Below, one piece after another: positions 1-13,337 of a DNA stretch of 64,000 nucleotides; within the stretch, counting starts at the first letter, position 1, and every line of letters begins with the position of its first letter. The stretch is from Raillietiella orientalis. Its lineage: Eukaryota. The translations under genes and the position numbers were made by a program. The DNA is taken from positions 3,286,001-3,350,000 of the forward strand of contig JAYWIR010000020.1 of the NCBI GenBank assembly GCA_036172245.1, read 5' to 3'. The notes below the pieces were generated by a model that was given only the letters and a program-made list of their open reading frames with translations, searched no databases and was not told the origin of the DNA.

Positions 1-3000
1 CACTTCCTACAAACACTGGTATCATCTTACAGCTAGGAAAGCGCTTTTCATAAGCCTTAAAAAAAAAAAAAAAATAAGGAACCTTAGAGGTACAACTACA
101 GAGTGAATAATCATGTACTGAGATAAGTCATTAATCTTCAAGCTGAATATGGCAACTATCTGCACAACACTTCCTAGTACTAACTGTTCAAGTAAACTTA
201 TATACAAAACTAAGGGTTTCTCGTATAAAATAGCAGATAACATAATTTTTCCAAATTCGTAAAGATCACAATCTTAATTAAATTGCTTAGCGTTTTCATA
301 ACCATGCAAATAAGACATCAAAATTTGCAATGTGCAAACTTATTACAAGAGTAGCTCTTTCTAAACTATGGCAAACTTTATATGTAAACATCCTTTAATT
401 TGACAAATTACTATTAAAGAAAAAAATAGTACTGTACTTTAGTTCTGCAACACATAGTTTTGTTTGACTTGATAAGATTGACACTGAAACCAGTAATCAG
501 AGTTGCTCACACTATCAGGAAAATATAACGTAGGCATTTATTCTTCCATAGTTCTCAAATTGAAAAGATCAAATTTTCGGATACTAAATCTGTTCCCATT
601 TTTCTGGTTTATTCTTAGGTGAAGCAGAGGTATTTCATTACCGCTGATCATAGTGTATGGCCATACATACATAAATTCTTGAAATCTGTTTGTTAATGCG
701 AGATACGTTTCAGAAATCAAAAATGGAATCACATGAACCACTAAATGCTACTCTGTTCATTACACATCATTACAGACATTCAGTCTCACTCAAATCTTGG
801 AAGATTTTAAGGATCTAACGAGATACATCCTTTTATTAAACAACTCATATGGCACCATTTGGAACTATTTACGTTTCTGCTTCCGTAAAATTCATAAAAT
901 ATTCATTACTAAAAAAATGAAACTTATTGAAGTGTAATTTTTTCAACAAAACACTTAACGAAAAGCCGTCGTAAATGCACTCACATGACTTGCATTCATT
1001 CAAAGAATCCTACAAATCTTGAAGCAAACAAGGAACTCATAAATAATGATTCAACTAATAAGTCATCATAATCCGATCAGACTTATGTCAACAGCATAGA
1101 AAATCGTTCCTCCTGGGATAACACAAATATGTAAATAAGTGGACTCGTACATCTTAGTTATGATACCCTGAATGATTCAACATTTAAACTTTGTATTTAT
1201 TTACAAGTCTTTGGCCACTTACTGCCATAACCATTTCGAATGGATATTTATAAATCCTGACAGGGCTCTGATACTTTTGAACCATATTGAAAGACGTTTG
1301 GACGAAAGCGATTTACACTCCGCTCTTACGGTGTCCACAAAGCACTTCATATATGCTGTAAGCTTTACAAAATATATTACCACCGTAGCGCAATAATCTG
1401 TATGATACTCTGTTCTCGTTTTTAAATCTTTGAATGACAGAACTCATATGCATATATTTTTTGAAAAAAATTGGTTTATTTTGTTTCCTGAGTAAAGGGC
1501 AGCAGAATTTTCGATGGAGATATTGATTTTAACTCTTTTTCTTTCTTTCTGTTTTTTTTTGGAGGGGAGGGGGGGGGCGGAAACTATAAAGTTACGTCGC
1601 ATAGATCAAATCTGAGTATGTAAATATTAATATAATATATTTCACAAGACTACATCAATACAGTCAGGGGAAATTGTTTTTCGTTTGTTTCGATTTTTTC
1701 TTTGCTCATATTCATTGTAATCCTGATTGGATAATCTTGAATTTCACGATCATGGTTATAGTCCGTTATTTTTCAAATTTCTTACTTAATTACGATATTT
1801 ACTTGATTAATTGAATGCTTTCTTTTGAAATTTGGAAATCTTTATGCTTTATTACATTACAAAAAAGTAATAAATGCACGATTGCAATTTTAGATATGAT
1901 TTCTGCACTCTCATAAGTGGAATGGATTTAAACAAATGAATACCGTTAAAAGTTCAACAAAGTTCTGCACCCATTTATCTTTTATTTTTAACTCTTTAAA
2001 GTGATCAGTTTTGTAAAGTAAGTTACTTAGTAGGTGTCCGTTTTTTTTCAGCCAAACTTGATATTTCGTATGTTGAATTTGTATTGTTCATTTGAATTAT
2101 GATTTAAAGAGAGTAACTTTAATATGCGGGCCAAACCAAAAGGTAGTGATCCATTTAAAAGTCAAGATATTTCTTATGAAAATGTTATAGAAATCACGGT
2201 GTTCCTGAACGTATAGATGTAAGACTTATAGAATAGGCAAATCTCATCTTCAACGATACACATTTCTTTGTATTGATTTTTATATTATGAAGTAAAAAAC
2301 TCTTATTTAATACTCGGTATATAGTAGGTATTTGTGTGGACTCAATGCTACTAAAAAAAACAAAAAATCAATGTATGTTAAGTAACCATGTTTCAAAATG
2401 CGTCTGTGCTTAAAAAATCGTGCTCGTTTGTTATTTCATGTGTAAGTATATTAATTATGGTAATGAAGTTTCATTAGTTTAAACTGATCAGCAGAATACT
2501 CCAAAACATAGTAACAAGTAATGAATATGAATTTCTTTACTTGGCTTTATGAAAGATCGACTCTTGCCTTCATGCTTATTTATTCTGGATCTATCAATGC
2601 ATGCATATTTATCTCTGTGTTTATGAAACCAGGAAAACAATGTAGTAAGTAGATTCTAGAGTTCTTACCTTCATACGAAGTTTAATCTATCCTACCTCTT
2701 TTCCTAGTATGCGAATCTTGAATTCTGAATTCTAAATTTCTAAATCAAAGTTCAAGATCCATATCTAAAGAAATCTCTAGCCCTTTTTGCTCCTTCATGG
2801 CTTTAATCAGTCGTCAATGTGATAAACAAGCTGTGTTTGCTATGAGATTTCAGGGTCTTTTTTTTTTTTTTTTGACGGGGGACTTCAACTTTAATTAGAG
2901 AATATTCACTTTGGATCGTGGTCCGTTGATATGCCTCGTTTGGTTAACTCTGATTACCAAAAAGTATCTAGTTGTAAAAATGCATGGAACTCTAATACCG

Positions 3001-4797
3001 CTACTCAATTCAGTATATCTATTTTTTTTTTTATGCTACTAAAAAGTGAGAATTTTAAACGTAGAATAAGCGTTTCCAATCTTGAAGCTGAAGCTGAAGC
3101 ACCGACTGTTTTTTAAACGTTAAAGGTGTTTGAAAGTTGATGAAGACGTTTTGGTTCGAAAAGGGCAAAAACCTTAAATGCCTTGATCAATCTTTATAGA
3201 TTGACTTGTGACAAGTTTCCTTATTAATACGGATTCCCATTTCTTGATTTGAATATTTTGCTTATCGCATGTGTATGTATTCATGAGTACCACTTGATAT
3301 TCCACTTGATGTTCCCATCTCCGACCTCAGTGTATGCAATATGATATTGCATGTTGCAACTGGGAAAATGCAATACAGGTAAAACGTGGCACAGTTCCGT
3401 CCTGAGGTGTGTACAGAGGTGTGTGTATAAATACATCAGCGCCTGTACATCGAAATGGAATGCAATGACAGAAAAATCACAGTTTGAAAATATAGCTTTT
3501 CGGAACTTTGAAAGACCCCACCTCCTCTCAGGATATCACGACCTGCCATGGCAGAAGTTTTTGAAGATGATCGGAGAAAGTGCATACCTTTGAAATAAAT
3601 TTATTCCTTCTTGCTTTCAGTTTTAAAGCGAATTAATGCACATGATATTTATGGATTCAGTTGTTGAAGTAAAACCCCAAATTTCTATCTTTAGCCTTTT
3701 TCTTTATTCGAAGCTTTACAAATGAACACATATATGTAACAAGGAAAGCTGAATGATTATATGTATATACACGTACATGATCATTCCGATAATGTTCCCA
3801 TTATGAAGACAGAGGCATACAGTAATGTTTGCATGCTAGACTAACAAACTTTTGCAGACGAGATTTAGAGTCTCAGATGAAATCATGAGAAGATAACGAT
3901 TCCGAAGCTGAAGATAAGACCCAGGTATCTGAGTTACCAGGCCATCTCGAACCAAGAGAAGTTTCAGACCATGCACCGTATGAAGTGCTTTGTACCGGAC
4001 AAAGGATCACTTTTTAGAAACAAGATCCAAATAGTTTCATCATGTCGTTTTCAATAGTGTTATGACTGTGGATATGAGAATAATATAATATTTAAAATGT
4101 TATGGAACTGGAGTTCCATTGGGAGTGAAACTTTCTAAGAAAGCTTTTTTTCCTCGATTGGGAAAAAAAAAAAAAAAAAAAAACGGAAGACGTCATTTCA
4201 TGTAAAAAAAAAAAAAAAATGATATAATTTAGAAAATGAACAGTGTCTTGTGCACATAATTGGAAAACAAAAACCGAAACAAATGGAATCGGGCAGAGTG
4301 CATTCCGTGATATGAAGATGTTCGGTGTTGCAGATCCTGATGACATCAGCGAAGGAAGTGCTAATTGATGTTTGACGTTAATTTCATCAAAGAGAAAAAA
4401 AGCACGGGCTCGTAATATGCATATCCAGTTCATCAAAGTGTGTGCGTGAAGCACAAATACACGTGCGTGCACTATGCTGCGTACACAGCGGAACACGGCT
4501 GTGCTATCATATAATGCGTGTTTTACATGTGTTTGGGCGCTTATCGGCAGAAGTAGAGAACGCAAGAAAATCAATTGATTAATCAGTTGTTTCGATAAGA
4601 TTTCGATCTCTCGTTTCGTCATAAGATTAGCATATTTTTGGCACGCATACGTATACGCGTAGACACGTGCATCTGCATACAAAGTTATAGAATGTCTAAT
4701 GCTCAATCTATCTAATGATGGTCCATTATATCTGTCGCTTCTCTTATTTCATCTCGTTTCACGAAATCCTTTATTCCGCTTCCACATGAACTGTGAT

Positions 4798-4798
<1 letters not shown>

Positions 4799-4857
<59 letters not shown>

Positions 4858-4878
4858 CGCGCGTGCGTGCACATATGT
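4799..4878. repeat. (GT)n microsatellite running into GTGC/GC units; ~80 nt of uninterrupted purine-pyrimidine alternation
   Basis: (GT)~26 at 4801-4852 followed by gcgtgcgcgcgtgcgtgcacatatgt, read directly from the sequence. Confidence 0.95.
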
Positions 4879-7780
4879 TTCAGTACATATCAATTCTGTT
4901 CCATACTGAGTCGTTTTTCCTCCTCCTCTTCTTCTTCTTCCTTTCTTTCTTCACCTTGTCAAGTGTTTCTCACACCGAAAGTTGCCATTTCCTGCTAACA
5001 TCTTACTGCGGAGGCTGCCTCAAGTCCTCATGCAGTTCAAGTGCTCATTCCGTGCTTCATTAAATGTGGGAGATCCCGAGTGACAGCGGCAGCAGCATCC
5101 GCATATCCGCTCTCGGCCCATTGCGGAGAACAAACGCCTCAGTTTTAAATCCTTGAATTCACTGCACTGCGTTCTTCAGCGCCTACGCAGCAAAGTATCA
5201 CATTGGTGTCGACTTTTCCATAAGGTGGGGAAATGCACCCAAGGTGGTTGGCACTCATTTCAGCTGATGCCTTATTTAACTGCTCTTCCTTTGGTTGCCC
5301 GTTTTCCACAGGTGTTATACCTGCGCCGTATTCGCCATGAATTCGGATGGAAAAAAGTGGGTGCGCTCTTCAAAATCACTACTCTTCAAAATCCACCCGC
5401 CGCTTAGTCAGATCTTGAAAAATTCAGGATGGCCATTGAAAGAGTGAAGATGATTCGCGACGTGTCTTCAACACCGCCTTGCTCATCGAGATTTTTCGAT
5501 CATCCAACTGGATTTCAAACCAGTTCCTGCATTTTCAACTTCTTGCCTGAAAGATGACGAGGATGCTTGAAACGGATTGGATGTGAGAATGATGCGCGAT
5601 GTGGGGATCTGTGTACATACATTTAAAATACATCCAAGTCGATGAACGCGATTCTTGTTTGTGCAGGTTATGGATGGTTGGCCTCTGTATATCGGAAGCT
5701 GGAAGCTGCTTTCCATTTTCCGGTGTCGTCGTGATCTGCCCTCCACATAGTAATCTGAAGATTCGGAAAATCCAAATAGGTTGAAGCTTTCGGCGCCCCT
5801 AATCAAAATAAGGGTGAGAAACCTGAAGTCAAAGTTCTTCAGCTAACCTTAAGCGCTTAGGCTCGATGCTTTCACAACCTTCAGTGCACAGCTCCTTGGA
5901 TTCCATCAAGTTCATCAGAGGAATAAATGTGAAAATCGCGAAACACTTCCTTCTAACACTTTCCAGGCGAGCTGACATCCTCCTAGATTTAGAATTAAAG
6001 CAGATGTGACCTCCGAACCTCAGTTCGCACAGCATCCTAAGGAGTTCTCCGGAGCTCCAGCTAAACTGTGCAAATCCGAAGGCCTCTCGGATTTCGTTCG
6101 AGAATTCTTTTTTTTTTTTTTTTTCCAGTGTGATCATCTCAGATGTAAACGAGACCGCGGAACTTTGCCAGGAGGACTGCACACAACTCGCGAAATCCGA
6201 AAAGTGAAGTTCTCTCCGATCCACTGACAGCATTTTCGCGGCAGAGTTCGCATTTCTTCAGGTCCCCCCGGAGAGTATGACATGCTATCGTCTTCAGTTA
6301 CGTTTTCAAAGGAGCTCGATTGTGACCTGAATCGACAATGCGTCCGTTCCATTCCTGCAGACCTACAGATTGACCCAGGGGGGGTTTGATGTCGATCACA
6401 CAGGAGCTGTGGGAGAGAAACAAGGCTTCCCTTCCTCAAGTAAAACGGGCATCACGATTGCCTCTAGCTTTGGGAGTGCACAGCAGTTTAGAGAGTCTTA
6501 AAAGGATGAAAATCTCTTCTCCCCTTCCATTCATCCTTCGCTCATCCTTTCTCACCATTGAGCGAATCACTAGCTGGCGCATTTGCTGCTGCTACAGGAA
6601 TGTTGAAAGTCCTTTCACAGGCTACAGTAGAATGAGTGGAGCTCTTGAAGTTCCCTCTAGGGCAGAGGTGGGAAAAGATGCGGAAATCACCTCAATTCCA
6701 TTAAACGCTCCAAATCTGTTGTCGAGTTTCTCTCTAAACTTCTGACATTCCTTCTCCTATCACGCAAAGCGTCCCTCCACCCTACAATAAGCATTGGTGA
6801 ATTACCCTGGGAAATGTGTTGGGTCGCAGGATTTCCCACGATGGGAGTTTTTGTTTCAAAGGCAGTGGCACTGCATTGGAAGGAGTTGACCAAGCGCAAA
6901 GGACGATGAAGCTCGGCATCTAGTACTGTTAAATGTGCAGTGGCACCACGAGAAATAAGAGATCACAAGGTTCTCTTCACCTGTCGTGCGCTCGTGCGTG
7001 CTCGGATCCATCGCTTTGCACGCATACGAGATTTCCAGTCCGAGACTTCTTCGCCAACCGCTGTGCCGGTTCCAGAGTGCGCTCCGAACCACGGTGCCTT
7101 CCTCTTTCGAGCTTCGCCATTAACATTCCGAGGACAATCGGGATTTGGAGTATTCTCAGGGACAGCACTTCTAGGAACGGCGGAATTAATTCGGATCTAA
7201 CCGATCATTCCTCATCGGTCTGTGATCAGCTAGCAGGACCGTGCTCCCATGCTCTTTTCCGATAAGCACCCTGTAAATGCCAACAAGTTGGTTACCTCTG
7301 GTGCTTGTCGATTCCTTTCTCGCAGACAACATAATAATGAGAGAAAGCATAATACGGGGCCCACATGCTTCCATGAGGATGCTGAATCATCACGTGAACA
7401 CCCCCCAAATGCCTCCACGGCAAACTGCGATCCTCCTTCGCGGTTCGCGAAGTCTCTTACGTGGCGGAGGGGTGGGATGCAGGCGCGTGGTGGGGGAAAG
7501 CTAACTGCTCTCACAGATCGCGTGTTTCTCTAATGGAGTGATGCTCTTGTGGGAGTGAGGTGAGCGGAGGTGGGTAATCGTGAGGGGGGCGACCTGTTTG
7601 CTCTCCCCCACCCCTCCCCCGCTCCTGCGTCGAAAGCATGTGCTGGTTCGTGTCCATCGGAAAGAACCCAACGAATACTTTCGGTTCCTAAGATCCGTGC
7701 AGCAACAGCCAGTCTCATTCCTCAGGTCCGTCCTCAGAAAAGCTGCATCCAGATGGGGCGCGGGCTGGGATACTCTATAG

Positions 7781-8043
7781 CAGCGTTTCCCAAACTGTTC
7801 CCCGGAATACTAGCGTTCCGCGGAAAGTCCATAAGTGTTCCGTGAAAAATTAACATGACTGAAAATTTCGCATAATGAAAGTTTGAGAATAAATGTTTGC
7901 TTTATTTTCTTAACTCTTATATCTACTTGCTTGATTAATTTATTATTAATACCTCTCTACTGCCCCGTAAGATAACTAAGGTATTCCGTTAAAATTTCAG
8001 GATTTGTGAAGCGTCCGTCATGGGAAAAGTTTGGGAAACGCTG
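7781..8043. mobile_element. Non-autonomous hAT-type MITE, copy 1
   Basis: Perfect 16-bp terminal inverted repeats CAGCGTTTCCCAAACT / AGTTTGGGAAACGCTG around an AT-rich, non-coding interior (tttgagaataaa, ttattaata, aaggtattccgtta, aatttcagg) shared with the copy at 35580-35870. TIR resembles hAT-Charlie-type ends. No clear target-site duplication at this copy. Confidence 0.8.
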
Positions 8044-8199
8044 GTCCAGGGATGCTTCTCCCGCGTGCAACCACGTTTCTTCCAGATGGCCCTGCCTACC
8101 GGTTTCCACTAGCAGAGTGCCATATTCTGCCTCTGGAGCCCTAAAGCATCAAACGTAGGTTCTGGATGAAGAGAGGAACTGGGTTGTTTCCCTACAAAA

Positions 8200-10400
8200 T
8201 CAGTGTTCCCTCGTTATGAGGGGTGAGGGAGGGGGTTATTTTCCTGATAACAACCCACGTGTGCTGCCTATGCTTCATGCGAGGCGATCGGAAGCCATCG
8301 AGGGCATCCCATTTTTCCCTTGAATTCCGTCAAGGGAAAATGAGACGAAATGGGATGCAGGTTCCCCACAACTTGCTTGTTCCGCCGCTGTTGTGATTTT
8401 GTGAGTGTGTCCAAGCGTCCTCCTATTCCGGATGCATCGCCCTCCTTTGCGCCTTCACTTTGTGTTGAGCTTTGCAAGTGGTCAGAGCCCTCTGCAAGAG
8501 CTCCTCGCTTTTGCATGGTGCTCGAGGAAAGCTCACCTTGAGCAGGATTCTCAGGAATGTATCGAGGGATGCTCATTTTGTTTCCAGGGATGCAGAAATC
8601 CAAGATGGACCATCGTGTGGAAGCTGCCAAGCAAACCCGAACCATGGAGTTTCCAACGGCTGGTAGGAAAGACGAATGCTTTGCTTATCCGTGAACGCTG
8701 TTCACTGCTTCCTCGTCCTTGCGCATTAGAAATGCGCAGGAAAACTCTTAGGAATTCGAGGTCGTGCCCTCAGGAACCGGGAAGCGTCTTCGACTCATCA
8801 AAAGATCTTTCGCCCCGAGTTCTTTCCCCGTCATGCAAGGCAGCAAAAAAAAACGGATAGGGAAAACAGGAGTGGGTGCAGCTTCGAAGAGAGTGCTTCT
8901 TTTCGAAGTTGCGCAGAAACGCAGTAAGGGGGAAGATGCTGCTGATCTCTATGCTGCCGGATACAGACTGACGCGCGCGAAAATTCGAGAATATTGAGAT
9001 CGCATCCTCCCTTTACAAACCAAGGAACAGTAGGCCCCATAACGATGCAAGGATGTGGCCATGCTTCTGGAGGCGTGTATCTTCATTGTGCAGCCGACAT
9101 GCCTGGAGTGTTTCGGACTTCAAAGGGGTTGACAGTACCTTTCCACAGAAGAGACAGCTCCCATGAACTTCCAGAAAGTTTTTTCTTGAAAACAGCCTCT
9201 CTTGCTGTGGTGATCACAGCTCTGCGTTGCATCCGCGAGATTTTATCGTCCCTTTCAGCACTGGGACTTTGTTAGTGTAGGCGGGCAGTCATTAAACTGC
9301 TACTTCCTCAACTACGGAGAACAGTGCAATGGATTCATCTACACCAACAGGCAAGGGCAGAAGTTGCCAAGATGCTGAGAAATCTTCAGGAAAAGGACTG
9401 CCAGGGACCACGAATGCTCTCCAAATCTTGCTTCCTTCCAAAACGAACCCTATTTCCGTTTTGGGGCATCCCTCACTCTCTTACCCATTTCCCTAAGGAC
9501 GTTCCCCTGGGTTGCTCCAAGGCATCACTCCGGCCTGTCTGTGCGTGTTTTGCGAACGTTTTTTTCGTTTCAAATGAATGCCCCGGAGTCTCCAGGTGGG
9601 ATAAATACCAAGAAATAGCACTGCACTGCACTGAGGAGCAGGTATTTCCTGAAACGGGGTTCCCGAAACGCAACATCAGCAGCAAATCCGAAAGAGTCCG
9701 AGAGCAGAGAAATATCTCTCCATAGATCTTGGTCGACGGAGTGCATGCTGCTGGCATCGCGTTCGCTAGAGTCAGCCCGTTCGGAGATAACAAGTGGGAA
9801 GCTCCGGTCGAATAGGAGGAACCGGCAAGGAAGATATCACCTTAGGAAGCGCAGTCTCCGAGACAAGGCTACCGACCACCTCCAACTCAGTCACCGTCTC
9901 AGTGATCTACTTGCCCACGAAGTGGTCGCTGTGTTCTTTTCATGCCTTTCATTTTAGTTTGAGGTTTCTTATCAGGATCAAAACTACACTGCTTCTATTC
10001 GTTGAATTCGCTGGTGATAAACCAGGAAAGCAGTCTGGAGCAGAAGGCAAGATCCTGTGGAAAGTAGCATATCAGTGCAGGTTCTTTGATTTTGTCTCCA
10101 TGGCACAGATATCTCCTTAACTCTGTTAGGAGTCCAGTGGAGCCACCTGCTCTGCTTTCGGTGCTGCCTCCTCGTTCCATCTTGAAATCCAACCACCTTT
10201 CGATTTCTGATAGAGTACATTCACAAGTTTCCAAGATGAATTCCAGTCTCTGCCTGGGAACAGAGATTTTCAAGTGTAATCTATCTATGGAAGTATGCTC
10301 CAAAGAGACTCATCGTTAGGAGCGTTCCGGGACTGGTAAATTCTTCTATCTAATGATCAGAATTCAGTCTCCATACAAGAAAAAAAAGCTCGTATGTTGC
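8200..10400 (-). mobile_element. Highly decayed non-LTR retrotransposon (APE endonuclease + RT) remnant
   Basis: Minus-strand fragments in the expected order, broken by frameshifts and stops: RIYQSRN (~10350, IYRSPN-like), GK(S)DH (~9910), PEAW (~9060), FVKGG...NFR.VSL (~9020-8965) and ERSFDE (~8800, KAFD-like). Motif recognition by eye only; boundaries approximate. Confidence 0.4.
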
Positions 10401-13337
10401 CTCTTTCACAAAACCGCGGAAATGGTGGAGGTGTCTATGGCAAACATAGGCTACTGGATCTGTTAGTTGGCATGCTCTTCTTCAGGATTCTGTTCCTGAG
10501 ATGTAATCCTTCGATATTTACAATCTGAATGTTTTTTTGATGATGTGAACGCGAGATACTCGGAGAACGAAAAAAAGAAACCTTAAGTAGCTTTTAGAAA
10601 GCTTCCTTCAAATGCAGCACCCGTTTAAGCCTGAATGCGCGTTCCAACATGCATGAGATGAACAGGACTGTGAACCAAATAGTAATCTTGACCTTTTGTA
10701 TCAAGGAATTTTTCTGATGAATTGTATACCACCATGTTATTCTGTTCTCACTTCCTCTGTAAAAAGTGTTTTAGCTGCTATATGCTTATCAAATACTGGG
10801 AAAAATTTGATTAAGTTTTCTATGTCTTGTTTTCCAACTAGTTAATTCGCTGATGCTAAACCAGTTGGAATATTTTTTTGCTATTATTTCTCACTAAATT
10901 ACACCATTGAAAATCGCCTAATTGAGCATATTAGTCTTTCACTCGCGTATTGCAGCAGGGATGATAAACGACATTTGTCTACTCTGTAATTCTCTATTCT
11001 AGTGCACAGCTGCTTGATCATAACCTTATGAAAAACTGTTCCACAGATGTGATTTTCTTCTCAAAGGCTATTTCTTTCTATCTTTGCAGAATAATTTCTT
11101 AAGTTCTATCCTATAACCCTGAAAGCATGAAGAACACTGGTGAAAAACACATCTACAGCAAAAATATCGATAGAGACGCTACGTCAGCTAACCTTGCTAT
11201 TACTTTCTATAGTGCAACATCTAAACATAATACATTTGTTACCGTGTAAACTTGCACCATTAACCCTCCTTAGATTGACATTAGTATCGAAAAAAATGAA
11301 ACGAAGTCAAGAAACTCAACTCTATAATCAGTGACTACCATTATTCCGACAAGCAAGTCCCAACTTTCTTAGTAAAACAAATGAGAGGAACGAAAGTGAT
11401 GGAGTAGCAGATTCCTTGTAGAATTCCACTGCAATCCATGGACAAATATTATAATTTGTTCCATTTTAGTACTTCCAGATACAAATTTCTGCACAAATAT
11501 CAGAAAGTTCCATCTTGATCCTCAAATTCTAGAATACTTTAGAATGAACGAACAGACTTGGAAATGGAAATTTTGCCATTCGTTGCGTTACAATGTTTTC
11601 CTCCGTGTTTCCTGCATCTCATGATAAGATCTGTAATCAAACTGGTGAGAGGAAACTGTTTAGTGGAAAACAGATGAAACTTTCGGGAAAAGCTCCCAAA
11701 TGTCAGCTAAACATAAAGTTAAAGGTCTTGATGCTTGCAATCTCAAATGCATACTATAAACAGTCTTTTAAAGTCCTTCAAGATTACTAAAAAATTCAAA
11801 TTTTTTTATAAACAAGGATGACAGTCAAAACAGATGTATTAATGCAGCATCTTTCATCATGGAAAAAAAAAAGAAAAAAAAATCAGGAATCAGTCCAATG
11901 CACTGATCCCTGATTTTTTTTATATTTTTGCTTCAGTTTTAATAGACTGACTCTTGTATCGATACAGGTGACGGATAAAAAACTCCTGCATTTATTTTCG
12001 AAATCAAGAGTTCGAAAATGTGCTTCAACTATCGTGAATTAGAAATAGCAGCTCATCTAAATGGCCTTTCAGTCGATTTTCGAGCTAATGATCAGAAAAA
12101 TGCCAAAACTTACAAGCATGGGGCACCTCATGCATTGCACATTTTTGCTTTTTCGGGTACGCGCACTATATCCCATAATAGGATCTGGACCTACAAAATG
12201 TAGTCTTCTATTCATCAACAATCCAAAATAACCTGGAGTGCATTGTGAATAAACCGTCACAATTTTAATCTTCACTGCTGTGGGGATGCAAATTTCGAAA
12301 AATGATTGCTGCTTGTGCAGCCAGTTTCCTATAGCAGTCTTAGGGCATTCATACATATGCTAGAGGACACCAGACTCCACTTGAGTAATTTTGTCATGCT
12401 AAAGGTTTTCCAAGCTTTCGAATTCGACAAACTTTCAAACTCTCCTTACAAGGCCAAAGCGATCCCGAGCTATGTAAGCTAATCATTCTTTACTCTTGTA
12501 CGTTTCATACATTCAAAATCGTGCCATTCCCATTTATGCCGGTATGTGAAGAGTATGCCTTATAGGCTTCCACGAAATATTTTTCATTTGTATTCACGAT
12601 TTCCTTCATTATTTATTCGAATTCTTGTGTTGCTGCTGTTACCAAAGTTTAAGCACCAAAAACACAAACAAATCTAGAGATCTGCCTTGCAAAGAGGAAG
12701 CCGATGTACCAGCGGAAACCAAGAAATAAACGTTAAAATGCAATTAACTAAACGTAAATTAACAAAGTCCACTATGGTCTGGGATGACATTTTTTGCGCT
12801 TCAAGTCTCCCCCCCCCCCTCTTCCAGATTTTCAATAGAATCGGGGAGAGCTTGAAATGCTTTTTTCTTCTAATAATTAATCACAAACAATTGAAAATCA
12901 AAGTTTGCATTTCTGAAAAAATTCAAGTTCTGCCAGTACTGACGATTGGGAAGAAATTTAGGCGAGGAAAGATAGTTGAACACTTGAATGAAATTATTTG
13001 ACTAAACTTGGGTGTACTACTTTAATATTACCACTTCAGTATTTGTATTGATTGTGAGGTTGGTCTTAACTGTCACATGTAGATAAATGTTACAGTTTCT
13101 TGTTGTCAATGTAGTTACATGTTTCAGTTTTATATAGGCGCACTTTGATGTTTATGAATGAATGATGTGTTTTGTGTGAATGAAGAATTCGTATAAATGA
13201 AGAAATCGGCGATTTCGTTTTTTTTTTTATAACTTTCCTTCATTTATAGATATGAAAATGCTGCAATTTCTGTGCAGTAAAAAGTTTGTTCATAACAATT
13301 GACAGATACCATCCAATTTGGCATAGCACTGAGAAGC

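Noticed and set aside
4092..5063. ORF-track entries of 204, 99 and 86 aa
   Set aside because: Low-complexity translations of poly-A/T runs and the GT microsatellite; no protein motifs.
5100..6900. Possible additional LINE remnant (similar hints at 50500-52700)
   Set aside because: Only faint endonuclease-like peptides; too degenerate to support without a profile search.
11165..11964. Two DRE motifs (TATCGATA at 11165 and 11957) upstream of AP1M1, with a third at 36542
   Set aside because: About two occurrences are expected by chance in 64 kb of this composition and the transcription start is unknown.
13252..13302. 16-codon uORF before the AP1M1 ATG
   Set aside because: Cannot tell whether it is exonic; an alternative acceptor at 13305 would exclude it.
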